Source: Octopus sinensis
Taxonomy: Eukaryota
Assembly: GCF_006345805.1 (NCBI RefSeq)
Contig: NC_042997.1
Span: 139,872,001 to 139,936,000 of the forward strand
Length of the DNA: 64,000 bases
Direction of reading: 5' to 3'
Position 1 is the first letter of the stretch. Each line of letters opens with the position of its first letter. The notes beneath the pieces are model-generated. The model was not told the origin of the DNA, searched no databases, and saw only the letters and a program-made list of their open reading frames with translations. Of the stretch, positions 56,671 to 64,000 are shown piece after piece. The position numbers were made by a program, and so were the translations under genes.

Positions 56671-56862
56671 GGTGTGGTGCTAACTCATGGCAACTTAACT
56701 GCTCAGATAGAAGCTATGATATACAGCTGGGGATGGACAAGAAATGATGTTATTTTACACACATTACCACTACATCATGTTCATGGTATTGTTAATGTAC
56801 TTATGACACCATTCCATTGTGGTGCTACCTGTGTGATGCTTACGAAATTTGACCCACAAACG
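56671..56862 (+). CDS. ACSF3: ACSF3-like exon (192 nt)
   Basis: tttcag|GGT...ACG|gtaatt; GVVLTHGN...WGWTRNDVILHTLPLHHVHGIVNVL...GATCVML. Confidence 0.93.
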
Positions 56863-57384
56863 GTAATTATCATTTGGATTTTATTTTCATTCACCCTTTT
56901 GTTACTAGCTCTCCAGTGACCACTCTTGGTCCTATAATATACATTAAAACCTCCACTTCAACTTATTATTAATTTATGTTCCAAATATCAACTTCAGTAT
57001 GACAGTTATTTTAATATATTCTTCACTATTTTCAAACTCAATTGAAACAAAGGCATTGCATTTCAATATTTGTTGATGATAGGGTTAAGTCATCTATCTT
57101 TACCCGTGTTTTTTAGGTGAACTAGTGGAGAAGTCCTCTTCACTGTTGTTTCTTTTTCTTCATATTAACAGAGGAGAGGCACTTATTTGTTGGGTGGGTT
57201 GTATTTGGTTTTCTCTGTTTTAACCTCTGGTAGTGGAAAAAGTACATTGCAGTTCTTTTACATTCTGAGATAAAATTCTGCCATGGTTAGCTTTGCTTTT
57301 TATCCTTAGTAGAAGTGAGCTGGGTGGTTTGGGGCTGGTGATATAATAAAAGTACCCGTTATGTATTGGTCATTTTATTTTCTT

Positions 57385-57670
57385 TATCTTCCTTGTTTCA
57401 GTCATTGTACTGCAATTGTTCCCAGTACTTATTTTTTAAGTCTGGTACTTTTTCTATTTGTCTTTTTTCAAACTGATAAATTACCAGAACATAAATAAAC
57501 CAACACAAGTTGTCAACACACACATACATGCACAAGCTTTCATACAGTTACTTTTTGCCAAATTCACTCACAAGGCATTGGTCAGTCTGGGCTATAATAG
57601 AAGACACTTGCACAAGATGATACACAGTGGAACTGAACCCAAAACTTCTTAACCACACAGCTATGCCTAC
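57385..57670 (-). mobile_element. Degenerate SINE, family B
   Basis: caaattcactcacaaggcattggtcag...tatagtagaagacacttgcacaag-like reverse-complement core. Confidence 0.6.
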
Positions 57671-59441
57671 ACCTGTTACTTTATACTTTTTACCAATAGA
57701 TTTATTACCTTGTACCAAAGCTCTAAAACTTTATTTTATTTTATTGTCATCCTCCAACAACACCAGAGTAATGAAGGCAACACAAAGTGTGGTGTGTGAA
57801 ACTTGCATGGGGTCAGTTCAACTGTCTATACTCTCTCCCTTAATATTAATCTTAGTTATTAGCAATATTTCACTTAATTAAAGAAGTTATTAATATTGTT
57901 AATTACTTTGAATCAAGGCTGCTCATGATACAAATTAAATAAAATCAGAATAAAAACCAAGTTATTGATTTACATCTTAGGAGCAAACCTCCATTCTGAG
58001 ATACTGGTTGTCAACAACTGTTTTGCTGCTAGGTTGTAACTATTTTCCTCTAAGTAGACTGTAATATCACCACCATCATCACCAAACAAGGGAGATGCTC
58101 TGTAATTGTGTTTACTGAATCGAAACTTAGTATCAAAATTCTCTTCACCTATTCAGGATCTGTTAGAAAGAAAAATTTAAATGTTTGTTCATTTTAGAAA
58201 AAATGTTTTCTTATATACTTCTTTTAAGTTGTAAAAGCTTGTCAAAAGGCAGCTGATATAGCACTTCAGTCCTATAACTTTACACCTCTGCTAATGAAAC
58301 TGTGATTCGGTATGGCTTGTAGTTAATGATATAAAAATAATATAGACTTCATCTCCACACCAGATACAAGTATTGATTTATATTGAATAAACACAAGGTT
58401 TAATTTTGCAGAGGAGTTGCTCTTTATTTTACTAACCTCCAAAGAGATGAAAATCAAAAACAGACCCTGGTGAGATTTGAACTTAGAATGGTGTTTGCAA
58501 CTAAATACTCCCAATAAAGGACCAAACAAAATATTTTACAAAATTAAGGTATTGGTCCATAGTTATGCCATTTTTATCACTTCACTGCCTTTTATGGTTG
58601 CAAATATTTTTATATACAGAATTTGTACAAGCATTAGGAAATTGTGCTTTTGGAAACATTTATGGAAGTAATAATTGCACTTCATTTACTTTTTATTTTA
58701 TTTCAACTATAGAGATTATACTTTTGCTAGACCAATGTATAATTTTTATAGCTGATGTCTTTTAGCTGCTTTTTGTTTAACCCCAGGAAGCTCTATTTAA
58801 GTTGACTTGATCAAAGGCATGTTAACCATAGTCATTTCTCTTTTATTGAAACACAATATATCCGTCATTGCATTATCTCTTGTGTTCTCCTTTAAGTTAA
58901 GATATGATCTGAGAGTAAGCTAGCTCTTTTTTTTTTTTTTTTTGACAATTTGAGGAACCATGTAGGGACATCTCCACTGGTTTGTATTTATTACTTATTT
59001 GTTTAATACTGTAATGTTATTCTAAGTATCAAATAGCGACTTTATTTTTGGTAAATTTTTTGTTAAGATAATCATAATACAAAGTTGTCATTTTATCCAT
59101 TCACAAGCAAATACATTAGTGAAAGAGACAACTGTGTTTGTATGGATATCTAATATAAGCAAATATGTTGTTGATAAAGGCTACTAAAGATGACCTAGTG
59201 TTTGGCAGATAAATGTATTGTACAAGACATAGGATTGAGATATTTGGAAATTGATTGCATACTTGTTCAGCTCTTACCACCAGATGATAATGAATATGAA
59301 GAAAAACCCATTAAAGCTGAAGATGATAATAGCTGGATGGTTGGGGTGGTTGTTGATAGCATTCACCTGTAATTAGGAACATTTATAAAGAATAGATTAT
59401 ATTTCACTGAACACATTGCTTTTCTCTTGCTATATTTCTAG

Positions 59442-59620
59442 GTGTGGTCTCGGCTGCTGAACCCTGTTGGAGCCAATGATGGTTTAAGAATTAATTTATT
59501 CATGGCTGTACCTACTGTTTATGCCAAGCTGATTGAAAACTATGAATCAAATATGCGAAATAACCAGGAAGATATGTACATGGGAAAATTTGTCAAAAAC
59601 ACCTGTCAGAATCGTATCAG
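59442..59620 (+). CDS. ACSF3: ACSF3-like exon (179 nt)
   Basis: ttctag|GTG...AG|gtaaaa; VWSRLL...INLFMAVPTVYAKLIENY. Confidence 0.93.
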
Positions 59621-60015
59621 GTAAAAAAAAAAAAATGCCCTAAAAACATTGCACTTCTTACATATATTTTATACTGTATATACTCAGTACAAAGAAAGAA
59701 GATTCCTAATTCAAATAGTGATAGTAGCTTACTAACCTTCTTCCATCTCACTCTACTAGCTAGGTAATAGAATTTCAGCAAGCCATCCAAACTGTCCATA
59801 GCTTACAGTTCTACCCTGCAGAATTGTAAGTTTACCAAATGCAATAGTGAGCTATTTCTGAAATTGTTTACTCCAGTAATTTGTACACAATAATGTAAAT
59901 TTCCAAATACCAGTTCATATTAACATTGAAAATTTAATGAAAGATATTAAAAATTCAAATTACTGATGATATTTAAAAATTCCGAGACTCATTTTTTAAT
60001 TTTGTCTCCTTTTAG

Positions 60016-60161
60016 GCTCATGGTCAGTGGCTCAGCATCATTACCACAGCCGATCATGGAGCGATGGGAAGAAATCACTGGACATCGATTGTTGGAACGA
60101 TATGGCATGAGTGAAATTGGGATGGCTCTGACCAATCCACTTGATGGGCCCAGAATTCCAG
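60016..60161 (+). CDS. ACSF3: ACSF3-like exon (146 nt)
   Basis: ttttag|G...G|gtctgt; (R)[38 protein letters not shown]. Confidence 0.95.
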
Positions 60162-61619
60162 GTCTGTGTTAAAAAAACTGCCAAGCTACTTTATGTACAT
60201 AATCATCATCATTAGTTTTAAGGTCTGTTTTCCATACTGGTATGGGTTGGACTGTTTGACAGGATCTGATGGTCACAGGACTGTGTTAAGCTTCAATATC
60301 AGCCTTGGCATGGTTTCTACAGCTGGATGCTCTTCCTAGTGCCAACTACTTTATAGTATGTGCTGGGTGCTTCCTCCCCCCATCCCGGCTACTGCTGTTG
60401 GTGAGGTTACCAGGTTACTTGCAAGACTTGAAGGGGAAAAGGAAAAAGCCCCGTTGATTGAGAGAGGGGAAGATGGCTTTCTCCCAGGTGTTCAGAGGCT
60501 GAAATATGGAAGAAGGCAAGCCCAGTTGTCTTGCTATAAAGAAGATATATATTTACCTCATATTATGCAAGGATGGATGAGAGCAGCTAGAAAGATGAGA
60601 TAATGGTGACATGGTATGTTAACAAACTTTCAAGGTACAGGGGACGTATAAGAGGATATGAGCAGTGGATCTAGGAGAGGGGTAATTTCATAAGAGTATG
60701 AGAAGAGAGTAATGAATGGTTAGCTGAGAGATGAGGGCAGAGGAGAATGTAGTGTGTTATGAACAAAAGTGGAAGTGTGGTTAATGGGAAATATCAGGAG
60801 GGAGGTGAGATAGAAGTGGATCAAGAAGTAGAGGAATGGTGTGCAAGGTGATGTATATTCACAGAAAGGAGTAACTATAGTAACTGGGGTGACAACTGGA
60901 GAGGAGTGAGGACCTTTGATGGCAAACATGAGGGGGTGTGGAGAATGGTAGCTGATATGAAAAGTGCTAACATGGAGATATGGCAGCTCAGAGAAGACAG
61001 ATAGATAACTGAAGTTACAGAAATTGGTTGTTCAATGAAAGATAGTGTGGAAAGGGATGATAATGAAAATGAGTTGTAATTTATTAGTGAGTTAGCACCG
61101 ATCCAAATTTGATTACCCACTGGAGCTGTTTTATTTGTGCTGTTGTACTTTGCCAATGCATAAAATTTACAATTATTATCATTTTCCTTAAGAAGTTTTA
61201 AACAAAAATCGTTGCACAAATCAACAATATTATACCAAAAACTCTTCTACAAAGGAACTTTCTCTTGAATTTTTTCCAAATGTAGATTAACATCATGTTA
61301 GTTACATCCAGAATGATCCACCTTGGTTAATATACATATCAAATTGAGGCATTGGGGTAACTTGGAAACTTAGGCTATCATGGTAGTCTTGCTGAAGATT
61401 GAAATATTGTCAGGTGGTCACTACTCCTACTTATGGAAACTCCTGGAAAAAATGCCAATCTGTCCATTGTAGGGTTATCCCCTGCACTGTGGCTGGTTCT
61501 TATTCTCAGAGCAATGTGAAATGGAGTACCTTGCTCAAGGACACAATTTTCCCCTGGTCTGGGAATTAAATTTACAATCTTGAAGTCACAAACCAAATAT
61601 CTAATATATATATATCAGA

Positions 61620-61970
61620 TGTGGCTGTGTGGTAAGAAGTTAGCTTCTTAACCACGTGATTCTGGGTTCAGTCCCACTACATGACACCTTGGGCAAGCGT
61701 CTTCTACTATAGCCTTGGATCAACTAAAGCCTTGTAAGTAGACTTCAGACAGAAACTGAAAGAAGCCTATAGTGTATGTATGTGTATATGTGTGTGTATA
61801 TATATATATATATATAAATTAATCAAAGGACATATTAAATATGTCTACCTGCTGGAAATAAGTCAAAACTCTTATTTAAATCGCCAGAATACACATAACT
61901 ACAGAAATCAACCGTCTATTTTTCTTGAATTATTTTTCTCGTGAATTAATTACTCCATACTAAAATTTTG

Positions 61971-62004
<34 letters not shown>

Positions 62005-62220
62005 TACATATGTGTGTCTGTCCCGCACCCCCTGCTTGACAACCAGTGTTGCTTTGTTTATAATCCCTGTAAGCTAGCAGTTTGGCAAAAGAGACTGATA
62101 GAATAAGTATCGGGCTTAAAAAAAAGAATAAGTAAGAACTGAGGTTCTTCCTTTTCAATGAAACCCTTCAAGATGGTACCCCAGCATGGCTGCAGTCCAA
62201 TGACTAAAACAAGTAAAAGA
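61620..62220 (+). mobile_element. SINE, family B, split by about 200 bp of inserted or expanded sequence
   Basis: Head and core at 61620-61790, tail at about 62010-62220. Confidence 0.65.
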
Positions 62221-63047
62221 ATATATAATGTATAGGTGACTGCATATCTCTGTGGTCAAGAAGTTCACAGCATCCTGGACAAGTGTCGTCTAAAGCCCTG
62301 GTCCAGGCAAAGTTTTGTGAGGGAATTTGGTAGTAAGTATAAAAAACCCATTATGTGTGTGAGTGCATGTACCCATGTATGTTTTTGTCTCCTTGTCTTG
62401 ACACATTAGCTGCAAACAAATATCACTAGTATACAAGTGTTGTAATTTATTCACAATCTTCTGTGAAAACATGTTTAGCTATTATGTTGTTCATATTCAA
62501 AAGAGACTAAGAGAAGTATTACCTTGATTGGAAAGATGTAAAGGTTGGTGACAGCAAGAATATCCAGCCGTAGAAATTCTACTTCAATAGATTTTGTCTG
62601 ACGCTAGCATGGAAACAGATATTAAAACAATGGAAAATATACACACATCAGCAGGCAGTGTCAGTGAACTGTTTTTTTGTGTAACTGTTTACATGAAGAA
62701 ATATTTTTTGTAGACACAACCTGCTTTCTTGCCCAATCATTGAACAACGCAACCCTAGTATGGGTTGGATGCTATTTTGTTTGAAAAATTATTTTTATTG
62801 ATAGGTACTATGATTTTAAATATCCCAAATTCAGGTAGACATGATGCTTAAGATATAGAGAAGGTTAAAAGGGATCTCTTATGTTGACAACTTTTGTAGA
62901 TATGTTTGTAATGTAATTGATGTAAAATAGGAATTGATACTGTGTTGTGGATTACCTTAGTAGATGCTATTAATTTCTTCATGGTACACATTGCAATAAA
63001 AAAAAACCCATCGTTTTTTTTTTGTTTTTTTTTATATAATTTTTCAG

Positions 63048-63167
63048 GTTCTGTCGGTCACCCTATGCCTTGGGTAGACGTTTGCATTGCAAAACCAAAT
63101 GTTTATGCAAAATGGGGTTATGATGTAATAGCTCAGGGAAATTCTTCAAAAACTGTGGTTTCCCCAG
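63048..63167 (+). CDS. ACSF3: ACSF3-like exon (120 nt); the gene continues beyond the window
   Basis: tttcag|GT...G|gtatgt; (G)SVGHPMPWVDVCIAKP...; phase-compatible with the previous exon. Confidence 0.88.
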
Positions 63168-64000
63168 GTATGTCTGCTGTTTTATTCCTTTTCATCATGA
63201 GACATAGCTGTCTTAGGAAATTGCTTATAAAACATCTTTTATCTACATGATTGAATTGCCTTCATTGAGCAGCTAGTGCTTAGCAAAACTGTATAAGTTA
63301 GAACCAATTGGCTATAGGATATGTTAAGTTAATGGTTAGCATATTTAGTGAAGGGAAAATCAAAAAGCTTACTGGAGACAATGTGGTATGGTAAAAACAA
63401 CATAAGTTTGACTAATAGTGTTTAAATATTTTGGGAAGTGTGGGTGTCAACTCTAATCACTTGCTTGCTGACTGTATAGAATGTGTTGTATTGCATGCTT
63501 ATAATCAGCCAAGCTTTTGTTTCTTGTCCATTATTTGATGTTGTCAGTTCATAAATATCTTTGACACCTTCCTGCTCATTTCGCTTCCAACTTTTCTAAC
63601 TCTGCAGCATTTATTTCGTCTTAGCAGCTTATTTTGCCCAGTTTGAAAAAGATTCCTTTTTCAAAGCCATCTATCTTTTCTATTGCTTTTTACTTCGTCT
63701 AAGTTTCTCTTCCACAAAGTATGATTGGCATAATACAACAAATTACTATCCTTAGTTGTAGGTGCAATTTTACATCCTTAGAGGTGAAGTTCTTTTTCAT
63801 TCTTATAAATGCTGTTTTTGCCTTATTTATTCAAGTAACTTCACTCCAGCCTTCTTGATCTGACATGAAAAATCCTTAAACAAAGGAACAATTCTAATGA
63901 ATCTTTTTCCAAAAGCAGATTAACATCACATCAGCCACATCCAGAATTATCATTGTTGGTTAATATGCTATGCATACTTAATGTACATATGTACATTATT

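Noticed and set aside
60875-61219. 114-aa minus-strand ORF in an ACSF3 intron
   Set aside because: No recognisable domain; upstream stops in the same frame; probably decayed repeat sequence.

Overview
AT-rich, repeat-dense eukaryotic genomic DNA. The SINE, RTE, CR1, Penelope and Helitron landscape with huge (TA)/(TATG) tracts suggests a cephalopod (octopus-like) genome; this is inferred, not shown. Two spliced host genes lie on the + strand: the last five coding exons of phytanoyl-CoA dioxygenase (PHYH, 991-10930) and the first five coding exons of a malonate-CoA ligase (ACSF3-like, 53532-63167, continuing past the window). The rest is mostly mobile DNA and microsatellite; the long Y/I/C/M/V/H/T ORFs in the track are microsatellite artefacts. 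The most notable items are: (1) a near-intact CR1-group LINE (about 32993-37483, minus). Its ORF1 carries a Myb/SANT-like domain plus two CCCH fingers. Its ORF2 has no AUG and overlaps ORF1 in the -1 frame, with an in-frame U_UUU_UUA slippery heptamer followed by a hairpin. Both 3' ends of this family in the window sit in microsatellite. (2) A perfect 158-bp palindrome (15199-15356) encoding a minimal type I hammerhead ribozyme motif on each strand. (3) A 1.76-kb foldback element with GG termini and an 8-bp TSD (Merlin/MULE-like). (4) An orphan CpG-rich promoter-like motif cluster near 21.2 kb.
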